A stretch of 64,000 nucleotides of DNA from Lingula anatina. Its lineage: Eukaryota; Animalia; Brachiopoda. Positions 39,057-53,509 of this stretch are shown piece after piece (position 1 is the stretch's first letter; every line of letters starts with the position of its first letter). Both the position numbers and the translations under genes were made by a program. The stretch spans positions 22,200,848 to 22,264,847 of the forward strand of contig CM120643.1 in assembly GCA_051362555.1 (NCBI GenBank). The letters are read 5' to 3'. Below the pieces are notes generated by a model. It did not search any database. It saw only the letters and a program-made list of their open reading frames with translations, and was not told where the DNA came from.

Positions 39057-42000
39057 CTTCAGAGGGAAAATACAATAATGTACGTCACCAAACAATACCT
39101 TATTGCTGCATGCAAAATAAAGGCGTGTCCAGTGTCAGCCGCCAGTGACCCTTCACGCTATCTATTACTGACCGGGGACATGTTTCATGATTTAATCCTT
39201 ACTTTGGGACATGAAGCACATGTTATGCACTGTGATACCGCCAATGATCAGCACGCTATGAAATATACTCAAACCCCGCGTGGCCTATCGTAAGTATATT
39301 CTCCATGTCCCTCAGCCATGCCAACGTATAATGCCAAGTCGTAACAGAATTACTGTACACTGAGCTTAGCTATTTCGTTTGCTTTGTTAATCTTGTTACT
39401 TCAGAAAGATTTAGTCTTCAAAAATGTATTCTTGGCGGACGATCTTGAGTGGGTGTGTATGGCAATCGAATGTTACGCACAGTGAGTTAATTGCAAGACA
39501 AAATGATAGCAGTAAAGTAATTTATAATCATTTCTAACATTTGATAAATTCTTTTTTCACAAATATCGAGTTATTTTTATGAGTGCGATACATTTTAAGT
39601 GTTATTTACAGCGGGGGGGGGGGGGGGGGCAGCACCGGAGTTTAATTGATCAGTTTTCCACTAGTGCCGAAATGAAACCACGAAATGAAAAACGTCAAAA
39701 TTCCATGGCGCCTAATTTAATTCGTGACTGAATAAGGGTGCATCAAAACATCAAGAACAAACAACGCAATGATGGCCCCACTGAGAGCTGATATTTATAG
39801 AGAATAATAGTAGGCGAACAAAGAATGGGAAGTGTTAACGTGGAAATAAGATGTTAAACAAAAACCATTATAATTATTCGACAAGCGTCTGTTAGAGGAA
39901 ATCCTCTTGTGTAATTCCTGATATCGGTCAGTACTATGGTCAGGAGAGGGATGATTGGATGCCTGATCACAATACAACTGGCCACGTGTACGTGCAGGTG
40001 ATAGGTTTGACCTAAAACTGTAGATCGGATGGCAATGGGTGCATAGGCACTAAAGGGTATTAATTTGCTAACAGCATTGTCATTAGGTTGGGCATTAGGT
40101 GCATGTACATTTAATATTTTATTGGTTTTGTTTTGAAAATATTACAGAAAACTGCACTGGGTGGGTTAGGATAGCAAGAAGGATGGGTCATGGTTTCATA
40201 CTTTTAATGAATTTTGCAGTTGTTCTGTTGACCATATGCATTTATACATGTACATTGCATGATAGACTTTTTCGGCTTATTTCTTTTATAATGGGCTGGG
40301 GACTTAATCTGCCTGCTAGTCTTGAAAAAGTTTCGCCCTCTGGACACGCATTTATCAAACAGATTAAGTAAAACAATAGCCTAATGCAGTTATCGTATAT
40401 ATTCGTGAGTTGATACAGTTTCGTGTTAAAAATACGTCACTTTAAGCCTTACAGCAATTCTCATAAAACTTACGTCATGTTATCACCTGACACTGAGTCT
40501 AACTGACGTCAAAGGAGCCATGTGACCTTTGCAAAAAAAACAGTAATAGTACAATCCCGTTGTGAATTTTCATTATAAGGAGGCAACAGTGATGGAGTAC
40601 ACGCTTTCTGGAATTTGTCCCTACGCGAATCGAGCTAAGGAAAAGGTATTCCATCATACAATGATCAAATTAAAAATGACTAATGGAGGAAATGGAAGTG
40701 ATCTGTTACTATTATCCCAGTTGTGTGTGTGTGTATGGTTTATTGTTACCCAAAGACCCATGGTATTTCCTTACGATGTTACATACCGATGGTGATAAAC
40801 GACAGTATATTGACGTAAAGGGGTAATTGCTCTCCCAGCACCTCGTTTAAGGTCAAATGCAAGGCCAAGGTCACGTTTTATCATCTGTAAAGCCCCTGTT
40901 ACACGGGGTTCAAATTCCAAACGCTAGGAGAACGTATCTTGGACCCCCTTTGAAGTTTGGACTTTAAAGATATTCAACAGTCAAGATCAAAATGCATCAG
41001 GGTAAATGGAGTTCTTAAAACATTTAACATTTTACAGCTATTTCTTATATTCCATATTTGTGAGAGAAGAACGGCTGGAAATCGCTGTCCAAGCGGCTGA
41101 AAACCTATTGTAATAGGGGCTGAAGGGTCACTCATTGCATGTCTTTTTTAATCAGTTGCTCGTTCTGTAAGTTAGAGCTCCCCCGTGTAAAGTTAAGTAA
41201 ACCTGCTTTTAAAAAATCATTGCAAATAAACTAATCCGCACATTCTACGTAATATATTTAGAGTGGTCGTAATACCATCAGTATTAGTGGTGCTGTCTTG
41301 CAATATTGTTGAGCTGCAACTATTAATTTCGATGTATTAAAGCAGTGATGTTTTCCGACAGCTGACAGGGGGTTCGATTAGTGAGAGAGAGAGGGAGCAA
41401 TGTAATTCGAAATGCTGCATGTGGTGCTTTCTGTTATCACGCTGGTTAACATGCAGAATGGTTTCTAAGGTATCTAACGTACGTGGCTGGCTCGCTTGTG
41501 GATATCATTATGGTTTGCACGTCTCTCAGATGTTCGAACTATCGTATTCTATATGGGAACACGGCCAGATGTGATGTAGAGCGTAATGTTTTGTAATGTG
41601 CAATAAAGTAATCGTTTTGCCCGAGGAAAGCAACTGCGCAGCAGTAATTTTTCTATTTCCGTTGTATTTGCTGTATCAAAAGCAAATTGAACGACCGATT
41701 CTATCAAGACAAGTTGGCTTTATGTGACATTACCAAAGGACATTTCATCAATCACAGTGTCTGTGTCTAAAGGTAAAAGTCCACTTAATGTTTGTTTTAT
41801 TCGATATTCCGATTCTGTATCCCAATACGTAAAGCGCATATAACCGCGAGCCTTCCCTTTTCTTAATAAGACACATAGTCCATTTTATCAAGAATCGCAG
41901 ATGTTAAACATAATCAAATTCTTCACTTGTTGTTTCCTGCACATGAGCAGCCAAGACAGTGTCAGGTAATAATTATTTTTCTGTGAAATTACAAAGATAA

Positions 42001-45000
42001 ATTTGTGGTTGAAAATCTGAAAACACCAATGAACAAACAAGATCAGTCGGATAAACAAATTACAGGTGATAGTCAAAGATGTGATCAATGCCGAATGGTT
42101 TCATCTCTGTGCGGAGCATACATGTCTGCCTCGGAGTTAATTCACAATTACCACCAAAAGACGAGAACTGTCTTGCTAAATGTCTCAAGTTCTTGGGCTA
42201 TACTAATAGACAGCTAAAATCGTGCATATGAATACCACAGTCAGCTTTGCAATAGTGGTCTAAGAACTTTTTAGACCGAAAGGCTCTGCAATAAATGTAT
42301 TTTACATACCTATACATAGGTTATTACACTGAGATCAAAAATCGTCTTCCATTTATAATCTCAACTTGCTGAAGGGGGATAGTTAAAGGGCAAAAACGAA
42401 TTTAACAGCTTTTTATATGCCTTATTAAATGCAACGTACAGTAGCCTAGCTTGGAGGTGAAGATTACAGCCCAAGCACTGACTTTACACTTTTTTGTGAG
42501 CAGGCCTGTGCTCCATCCTCTGCCGGGGAGTAAATGCTGAGGGCTGAGGGAATAGGCAACAGGTACCGCTGGAGAAGTTTTGCCATCCTTGGCTCGAAAT
42601 CGGGCGAGAACGAGAGAAGTGGGTCGGTTTCGCAATCCTCTGTCAGAACATCATAGGGCAAACGTAACCCCACTCCTTCGAACGTTTCATTTGCCCAACG
42701 GGCATTTCCCCTTTACAGTTTGCGTGTCTCGTTAAATGAAAGGCTAAACCAAGCAACACACAATCGTATTCGTCTTGATCATTGTTTCTGGGAAACAATT
42801 ACCCGCATAAGAATCCATCATCTGTTTCAATTACGCGTCCATTGAAACTTTGCATTAGGCAAGATAAACTGGTCAGTGTAAAGAGGGAAAATGTTCTTCA
42901 TGTATTGTAGATGTGGATGGCACTCACGGGATACTATTGCATGCCGTATATAAATGCATCAGTTATAATTGATCGGAAAAGGGGCGTTTTTCTGCAAGAT
43001 TCCATTTATATTTCACAGTTTATAAGTGTGACATTTGCGGTTTTTACTTCAATTAGTTCGATATGCGCAATTCTGTACTTCAGCCTTCTTTTTGCCAACA
43101 TCTCTTCTTTTGGTGTAATTTCTTTTTAATGTCACCATCTTCTAATGTCACCTTCCCCGTGTAATTCCTGTTTTACATGTACTAACTGCGTGTCCATAAA
43201 GAAAAAAAAGAGGGTTATAAACAGTAAGGTGGCTCTTGATATCTATTATAAAAGTAAGCAAAACCTGCGCAGGAATGTAAGAGCTACGGGTTTTAAATGA
43301 TGTAAACCGTCTGTTCAAATGCAAATTACGTTATTCAACTCAATTGCTCTGTAGGCTCTTTTAACCGTCGAAAATTCCAAAACTGTGTCTTATAACAAGG
43401 CGCATGCCTCTACAAAAGGAACTTAGTCCCTGAATATTATATATGTTGGCATATAAAACTGCCAATACATGTCATACAAGTGAGACATGATGTTTTTTGC
43501 TACAGTCCATAAACTAAGTAAACGGAGCATATAAAGATGATCATTTGAGGATAACATGTAAGCCATAAATAATAGAGGATATGGTTCAGGATAACATGTA
43601 AATCACTAATAACAGAAGGTATGCTTTAGAGATGTTCACATTTATTGTAAAGGGGTTTTGTCGACTAGTTTGATAACAATGCGGCCGATCGACCGCCGTG
43701 TGTAAACATTTGTCAGTTTCAACAAAAATGTCCTATTAAATACTGCCATGTTTCACTGCAGTCACCCGCGGTACATCGATTTGCCCCTTTGGCACATCTG
43801 TCAAGTAAAAATAAACTAGACCGTTATCTATTATCAATAAACACTGAGAATCTAAGTATACCTATTCAGATTCTGACAAAAACAACCTTTTTATCTCTTT
43901 CATGATATAAAGTGAACATGTACATGTATATCACAAGCCAACCTATTTGCACCACAAGTAAGCAAACACTTAATTCGAATTACATTTGGCCAATATCGAG
44001 CAATCGAGCAATCAACCAGATACAAATTGTAAGCAACACGCTGTGTAACAACAACAGGCACGTGGAGACTTAGACCCCATTTCCATAGAGTTTAGATCGA
44101 TCTATCCCTGTGGGGAGTCTCACTAGATTACTGTCAGCTTACCCGCACGAAAATGCAGTAGTATCGAAGTAGCAAAGAAGCATTAACGCAGTAGTGGTGT
44201 GGAGCATATTTGCAGTAGAAATGCAGCATAGCCTACTGCAATTCTACTTCAAAAATTACATAGGGTCGTACAGAGGAGGAGCATTAATGCAGTAGATTTG
44301 CAGCATGATAGAAGCATGTTTCAAATATGCTAATTAGCTCCCCAGTCGAAGCAGATTTGAAGCATGTTTGCAGTAGAATTGCAGTAGTCTACTGCGCTGG
44401 AGTATCTACTTCGTTTGCGTGCGGGTAGCCGTCTGTCCCGCCTACTAAAAGCTGTAAGGGGGTAATTAACTATGGTGCGCGCTCAGCTGACTGCAATTTA
44501 GTTTGAACCCCCAGGGAGTTAGGTCGATCTAAATCTTAATCTCTGGATCGATCTAAATCTCTGGGAATGCACCCTTAAAGTTGAACACAAGTGCGACAGG
44601 AATGGCAGCCTGGAACCCACTACGGATTAAAATCCGTTCCCCATTACTTTACTTAAGAGACAATGCTGGTCTCGATACTTCCAGTATAACAGGAATGGAA
44701 GTCCGGGTTCTCATATGATTAGTACAGGTTAGTTGGAGTATTGGGGTTAGTATATGGGAGGAATGCCACCTGTACAAATTAAAGGGAAGCGGACTATAGT
44801 TCCTAGCTGACTTCCATTCCTGTTACACCGGCTATCTGTAACGTGCACTGAGCATCAGGGACTCTGGACTTCTATTCTTAGGACTAGCATTCCTGCCGTT
44901 CAAGTATCACAAAAGCTACCTTGTTGAGACTTTCAGTCGAATTGTAACCCCAGTCAATAAGGGAGATATCATTCACAGTTCTTGTTGCCTTGTAAAATAT

Positions 45001-48000
45001 GCTTTGCATTATGCAAGGTTTAGCTGTCGTTTGAACCAAAGAGGCAGTAAATGGTTGTGCGGGCAGGCTGCCCCGTTTAATGTGTTTAGTGCCAGGAACG
45101 TGCATAGGCAAAACGGAAGAGGACGGTGAACGGCAGCCATCTTGATCTCGCTCTAAACAACAAATTGGACGTTTTTATTAGTATTACCATTCATATTGCT
45201 TTTACTGTTATGTCGAATGTGTGATTTGATTAATTTTAAATAACAAATCCGTAGCGAATAAAGCTCCCCACATAACCTCTTTCTTTCACATATTGATTTT
45301 TTATTATATCTAAAAACTTGGAAGATATGCACTCTATACTTCACCCTAATGCTCAATGGCATGATGAACTAACCCGTTTGTAACAGGTTTTAACCGAATT
45401 CCGAGGACAACCTAAAGAACCATAGCGCCATAACGTTAACTATATTTTTGCTATATATTTTTGCTATATATTTTTGCTTCTGTTGCAAGATGACTCAATA
45501 CCATACCAAAGATTCGTGGAATTAAAAAAGGGACATTTCAGCTTGCGAAGCAAATCTGGACTTTCATTATTAAAGATTATCTGAAATATGTTTCATTGGA
45601 CCTATTTTCATATAATGAGATATGATTTTTCCGGTGAAACTGATGGAAAACAACAGTGAAAGTGACGCACAATGTTAGCCCGTTGTTTCCATATACGACT
45701 ATGATCGTTATTTCCACCTTTGAATATACGTGAAAGTAATTTGCACCAAAAGAGGAATTAAAGCAGAGAACAGAAGGTATGTTTCATTGCAAAACTGACT
45801 GTATACTACAACAATAATACAGGTGGCACTTGCATTAACTTGCATCGCCCGGTTTAGATTCCACTGCTTCTGTGCGTATTTTAAATTTGGCTAGATGAAT
45901 TCCCACCTTGCGGTACAGATAAACTTCTACAACAAGTGAAGCGGTATGATAACTAATGAGATGAAATGACAAAAATCGGCAGTTCTTTTTTGATGGTGGT
46001 TTATATTGAGAGAGATTGAACATTGTCAGTGTTGTGCGTATCTTTTCTAACACCTCTAATATTTATGAAGAATTTTATTAGTGACGTCATCAAGAATGAG
46101 TAACCGGGGAATCACAACACAAGGAATAAACATGGCGCCAGGCAAAGGGCCCCTGGTGGCTATATTCACACACGCGCGCGCACACACCCACACACCCACA
46201 TTTTTAATATTCTCAAGCTGTTTGCCTGTATAAAAGTACAATGGAATCGATGAAATATATCATGCCATAGAACAAAGCTCACGACGCCTGATTGATAATA
46301 CTATACATATCACAGTGTAGGAAATATACGTAGGAAATTATCTGCACAGAGAGTCTCGTGTCCATTAGTTGCGCCCACTTCTTCCAAATGCTCCTGCACG
46401 CGTTTTCCCGGTCACACAAGGACGAGTTATCAATTTTCAATTTTTCCAGGACGAACAGTCTATTGAGATGCAATATGTGGCACCGTTGGAATCGAAGCAC
46501 CATACACTGATGCCTAAATGGACCTAATTAAACGGAAAACTTTAGGCAAATACATATTACATTAAATTCTGCATGCTTCGTTATTACCAGAACTTGAAAC
46601 TACGTCCTTGTCGCAAAAGTATTACATATCATTTTAGGAGAAGCTTTTTTTCAATCACGCGCTGCATACGGATGTTGTCTCGATATTTGATATGTGCCTT
46701 TGCTATTAATCCGGGGCTATTAAGAAAACTGTTTCTGGTGTATAATGTAATTTCCCTATTCGGTGCTTTTATAAGGGACTAACACAGTGTATGTAATGTA
46801 AATGTTCTTCTTTATGCACATTGCGGTTTGAAAAACATTTTGCTGACCCTCCATCCTAGCACTTTCAATTCTTCCAATTGATGAGACTAAGGCAAATACA
46901 GCTGCTGGTGATTTTTTTTTTTTTTTACTTTGGCATACGCAAAACAATCTGTACACCGGACGCACTGACACCAATGGTACCTCATCCAGAGAGAACGACT
47001 ATATTGTAAATCGTTATTCTTACCTTCAGGATTGAAATCCAACATTAATCTAACTGAAGACTAGTGAAAAGAAAGTTGGTACGCGCATTAATCTTGCAGT
47101 GCCGTTAATCTTAAAATGAAGAGGAAAGTGCTGGAGAACATGCACAATCCTCCACGCCAGACGAACCAACGCCAGCGGTGCCTTATCGAGCGAGGGCGAC
47201 TATAATGGTAATCACTTCTTTTTCTTTCAGGGTCGTAAAACACGATATTCATTATATCTGTTTCCAAGACCACTAGACTAACGTCGAAAACACTGTCATG
47301 AGCCTAAAGTGCCGCGGAACACGCTCTCTTGCCTAGACAAAGCCTGCTCATCTGACGTAATCGAAGCGATCCTGTTGATAATCGATATTACTTGATATTA
47401 CATACACGTTCACTGTTTCACTGGGAGATCCAGAATATCCTACCAGGGACATTTTTGATATGACAACTATACCCCAGTTCCATCTGCGACGACTTTTGAC
47501 GAGGGAAGGGTGTATTTTCTTAACATACAATACAATGGGCATAAAACCAGCGATCTAACCACTTTTGGAAATATATAATCATATAGGGATGAGACCTGAA
47601 ATCATAAATATGCTTTGAAACAGAGATGCAGAACGAATAAAGGTGGAGAAAGACCCCCTCCCACCAACATAACTATTTATCTAACGACCAGTGAATGAGA
47701 GGGTGATACAGTGATGATGTGAGAAATTGACATTGTCATTGAAGCCTTAAATCGTTTCGTTTTTATTCGTTTCGATTGCCTGTAGTCCTAACCAAACCCA
47801 CGCTGCCTTCCTTTTTATAATTATTATGGTATAAATCGTACTTCGTCCATCTATAAAGTTATTGAGTTTATGTTAAGTAAATAAGCGCGAAATATGTTAT
47901 GTTCATTCCACTTATGACAAGTGAAGAAAAATCTATCATTTAATTTCCTCGGGGCGTTTTTTGTTCAAAACTAGATACTGCTGATTAGAATTAGAAGATT

Positions 48001-51000
48001 ACTAATAAGAAGGTTTTATTACAATTTTGCTAGAAACTAGGGGCGGATCCAGAATTATTTGAAGGGAAAGCCGCGGATGCAAAGCTGACCTTCCACACAC
48101 ACCCCTCCTCCCTTGGCGTGGAGTTCGGGACCCGCTGTAGGGCCCCAGCAAATTTTGTTATTTTAGAGGGCGAACGGTGCCATTTGGTACGGTTTAGAAC
48201 TATGATTCAGCTAGTCAAAATTCTAATTTCCAGAGGGGACCATTGGATTTTCAAAAATCGAAGGGGAGGGCAGGAACCCCTGACCCCCCTCCCCTAAATC
48301 CGCCACTGGAAACCCAGTATGTTGTCCATAATATAAAGCAGAGAAAAAAGAGAAAATTGAGAGATGTCCTCCAATTCAAGACGAACAAACGCCAATGAAA
48401 TTTAATAGAGCGACACAACTCTGTCAATAATGGACGTAATCCAATAAGTGTTTACTCAGAGGTCAGGGTTGCAGTGATTTATAATGCAAATTACACTGAG
48501 CTGAGGCAAGCTTAAAGCAAGAGCAACTGTCATCAAATTGATCTTAGCGCCATCAATAATTCAGGCAAAGCAATGCATCTGAAGAAAATGGAGCTGCAAT
48601 TGCTGTTCGAAAGTGTTTACATTTGATCAATGCATTTCCAAAGGAAAACAGACATGAGGTTTGTCCTCACAACAGCATAGTGTCGAGACTCTGTGCCGAA
48701 ACATGAGTTCCTGCGGTTTTCCCAGTTTCCATTATTCTGAAAAAATGTCCCATTATATTGTATAAAGTAGCTTCTTTTTACCAGGCAATAAAAGCGATGA
48801 GCATACGCTAAAGATTGATCTATGAAGCGTGCGTGGATTAAATTTTCTGAATTGACCTTTATGAAAGAGAGCTCTCGTATACTTTGAAAAGATCTTTGAC
48901 CACCGATGAGCCCTTAAATTACCATTCCCGCTTTTCGGTGTGCTCTATACCCACACGCTCAGAGAACCCTTGGGACGCGCTTTCATAGCCACAAGCATTT
49001 AAAGGCATTAAGGAAGATTTGTGTATCGATATTACGCAAGCAATTGTGGAAAAAACATGAGATTAGACAGCCTGCATGGAAACTTAATGTGTCGAGAAAT
49101 GATAGAACCTCGGTCGGGACGACCAAAATCCCAAGACAGAAGAAAAAACAAGGCTCTGAAAAAAACTTTTGAGTCTAAGTGTTTCAAAAGAATTAAATGA
49201 ATGATTCTCAGTTTGGAAGGCGAAAGACATCGAAAGCGATTTCAAAACTCCGCACCATGGCATTTCTCGCCAATTATTCCCTCGCCCGCACGATTTTTAT
49301 GACTTGTTTATAAATGTTTTATTACGTATACCTGCACAAAGGGCGCATTTTTAAAAGTTTTTAGAGTTCTCTTTTTTATCTTCATGTTGTATCTATATTT
49401 TAACAACTTGTAATCTGTGATATCAATTTTTCTATCACGTGCAGTGGGTGGAGGCCATATTCGCATCGCTCTATAAACACGGAATGGCCTGAGGGACAGC
49501 CACCTTGAAGTAATAAAAACGGTCATCATCAATTTGTTCAAGTGTTTCAATTTTCTGAGTTATTATCTAGAAGGTGGCCAATAGAGTCATTTCTTTCTCT
49601 TGAGCAAACGTTTAAATATTTACTTATGATTCCACTTTCTTGGTCTTATCGATAACTTTGCCCGTTAGTTCCGCCTTTGTGATCGATTTTGAATGGGAAG
49701 AAGAAATGTCTTTATCTCCATGCAGGAACGTGCATCTCAACTTAGTCAAATGATAATCCATTGTGCTTACAATCCAATAAAGAGGGAACTTTTATATGAG
49801 GAAATTACTATCACCGGTCATAATTTGCATTATTAATTATATAACCGGATAAAAAATATTCAGAGCATTCCCAAACCGTGCTAAAACCAAGCGAAAATGT
49901 CGTCTTTTCGACAAAGATTTATGGGATTTATTTTCAGATTTTAACTAAATAGGGTTGTGGTTAATGGTTAGTGCTTTTTATCACATTCCCATGAGTAATT
50001 ATCAATGATAACAGGAATAAATAAGTAAATACGTATAAAGCATTGACATGCCACTTTCTGCTTCGATCAGAGCCGTGTTGTCATCAACTTAACTAACAAT
50101 ATACAGGTTTTTCTCTGAAACAGAACGGATGTCTGTGCAGACTCCTATATATTAATTACCTCAGTAAACTGTTCACTCTGTTTACCGCCGAAAACAGGAA
50201 CAGATATTATTATTACAGAGGAGTCCAAATAGGGTGTTGCAATCAAGTGTCCTTTCCCTATAGTGCAGCGCCTTACTGCTTTTTTAAAATAAAATCGATA
50301 AAAATACATCATAAGGTTATTCCCTAAGGGCGGGCTTATGTTATATAGTGGTGGATAATTATTAGTTCTCATTTCTTAAACATTATAATTTCAGTACCAC
50401 CATTGTAGGTTGTCATTAAGTAGTGCTGTACTTTGATAAGTAGGTTGCATTTTTAGATACAATATGCAGGTGATTTTATTATATTCAGTCTCTACTCTTG
50501 CAAATGTGACATTAGTTTTGCTTCGCAGCGATCCGCGATTTTGAAACTGATGAGCAGTGATTGAAAACGCCATACGCACCGAAACATTTCATGATGGCAC
50601 TGCTAATGTTACACCTTGCACGAGCAATAGCATATCGCATCAACTATGCCCAATCCAATCAGCTACTCAGTTAGGGGGGAGTTTCGGAACGCGTGCAATG
50701 TGCAATATCATTTTCGTTGTGAATTACTTCGTCAGGGCACGTACATAATCAATAAAATAAGGGCCACATCGAAGCAAGTATGCACCTACCCTCAAGAATT
50801 TTTCAGTTAAAGAATTGATCCTGACTGCAAATATTAGTGATTTCTCTCCTCTACGCGCAGAAAAGCAACAAGATGCTGTTGATCAATAGGTTTTTGACTT
50901 CGTCAATTTTAGAGATCATTTGACTGTTTGATTGTAAAATATACTGTATTTCGCTCTCGGGAGTCAGTGTCAGTATATATTGACTTGATGCCGCTATAAA

Positions 51001-53456
51001 AGTGCAATCAGTGTATGCATTGTGCACAGCGTTTTTCTAAACGTTTAAGTGATCACTTATAGCCAGTAATGACACTGTTTCATGCACTTGGTTCTGGTAT
51101 CTTTTTTTTAAATCTCTACGTTAAAATGAGATCAACAAAAAGTGAGACCTACGTACAAGATGCTTCTGTCCAATAAATTGCTTAGATACAACAACTACAA
51201 GGACAACAAAAAACTGTGTAGAATGCATTTACCATCATAGAGCATACCGCGATTTACTTCCATATTTCTGCGTTAAGGAACTTACAAAAGGGGAAACCAT
51301 ACCAAAGCACCAACACCGTTAATTTTGTGTTTTAATTAATTTGGTGTGTATTTGGTACACGCGTCTGTTATTCTTTGTGGTGTATCAATCAACGTCAGAT
51401 TAACAAATGCCTGATACCCATTTTGTGACAGCACATGTCAAAGAAAGTCTACAATACGTTCGTATCTATATTAAATCGCACGCTCTATGAAAGCATTCAA
51501 TAACGCAATCCCGGTATTGAAATGAACCAACAATTCAACTGAGAATGGGAGAGTATGGTAAATTAATTGATTCTATCCAGTGTTCCTGAGACAAAACACG
51601 CCCACTAAAACATCAGGATATTCATTGTATACATTGTTTAGCAAATGGATAATTCCCAGTAAAAACAAAATTGAAAACTACAGAGTCACCTTTTCAACGT
51701 GGATTTCCCTGCTGTCAAAACTTATGAACAACCAATAGGTGCACTCAACTGCAAGGTTAAACCCAAACTGGTTGGAGTCATGATTAGCTGCCTGACGAAC
51801 AGTCTTAAAGTTAACCAGCGCTTTGTTATATCATAAAGCGAGAAATATATATTTTGTCACCTCCCCTCGCCCAGCGCAGCAGCAAAAACAATCGCTTTCT
51901 ATCTTATGTAATGTGTGTATGGTGCCGTCTTAAATATGCGTATATGAAATAAAATTGCCCATCGTGTGACGTGTGTTAGACAGGTAACGGTTTTGGTCTA
52001 CATGTGTATGACTTCTGTATCAACTAACAGCCATTGGTAAATGGCAAGTGCTTCCTAAAACTAAGCGTATACGAATTGCATAGACCCTAAGTAACCATTG
52101 CAAATGAGCCTCTTTATTCAAATTATTATTGCAGTTATAAATTATAAATGTAATATAACAAAGCACATAATGAATGATCAAAGCGAAGAGAACAAAAAAA
52201 CTCTTATACGCATCTTATTTCTGCCTGGCTGGTAATTTAGATGTGAAATGGAATAAAAACGATATAGCAAAGTTAATGGCAACCCTGCACTGTGCGATAA
52301 AGCATCATTTACACCATTACAGTGCCATTAACGTAAATGTCAGAACGTTTCACTGATCTAGGAAGTCCAGGAGTGGGAGAAAAAATCAAGATAATACACA
52401 GATACTCCGCTACAGGGTGGCGAACTCGGAGGGCTTGTGGTAAACGCACATGAGAATCTAAGTGAATTTAATGTCCATTAGCGCCTTTTGGCTTGTCTTT
52501 AACATTGGAAAATGTTTTAACACTTTAAAGTGTCATTTGATAAACCTGAGCCCCCAACACACACACGCACACATATACCAGACTCACTTAATTCAAGTCT
52601 TTTATATTTAATGTGAGGAAACAGTTATCAGCTAAATATTTTAATATTTAGTTTAAAATTTTTACTTAAAATTAGAATTTGGTGTTAGCTAGATACATTT
52701 TTTACTCAGTCAGTTATCTTCAACACATCATACGTGTTTTTCATTAATCTTGATGAAATAAAAGACAAAAGTCGTTAATGATATCACAGGCTTTTGTTGT
52801 GTTCATAAATCACAGAAATTTGTATATGGAATGTGGTGAATTGGAATCCCTCAAATATTGTATACATGTATTACGGGGAATGAAAACTCTTGCAAAGGCC
52901 AAGTAAATTATCATTCGATAGATCCTATCATATCTATTATTTTAAAACCATGAGAATATTGAAGGGAGTAGAGGAGCTGGTTAAAAGAAGGGCCGTCTCA
53001 ATCGGTCGTCTGCTATTGAACCAGATCGTCTTTAGCGTAGGAGACACACGCACAAACCATCTATTCACGTTTCGAGCAAAGTTCACAAATAAAAGTATTT
53101 TCGTGGCAATATCACACCCCTAACATACCCTGACGTATATCTAAAAGCCATGTGACATAAGTTTTCATCGTAACTAATGCAGATGAAAAGTAAAGACCAC
53201 CACCTTTGTCGGGTCGTATTTCCAATATCGCACCTAGAGGAAGACAAACAGGCGGTGCAAATAGAGCCAAAATCAATAAGCTTATAAGGCCTTTACACTG
53301 CATGGTACACCTCTTCGGCTATTATGTAAGACTATTAATAATGCACACACCGAACAAGATAATAGATCAAGATAAAGATAGAATTATTAAAACCTTGGAA
53401 GGTCAGCATATTACGTGCAATCAATATTTTATTGCACTGTCTTCTCTTGAGACAAT

Positions 53457-53509
<53 letters not shown>

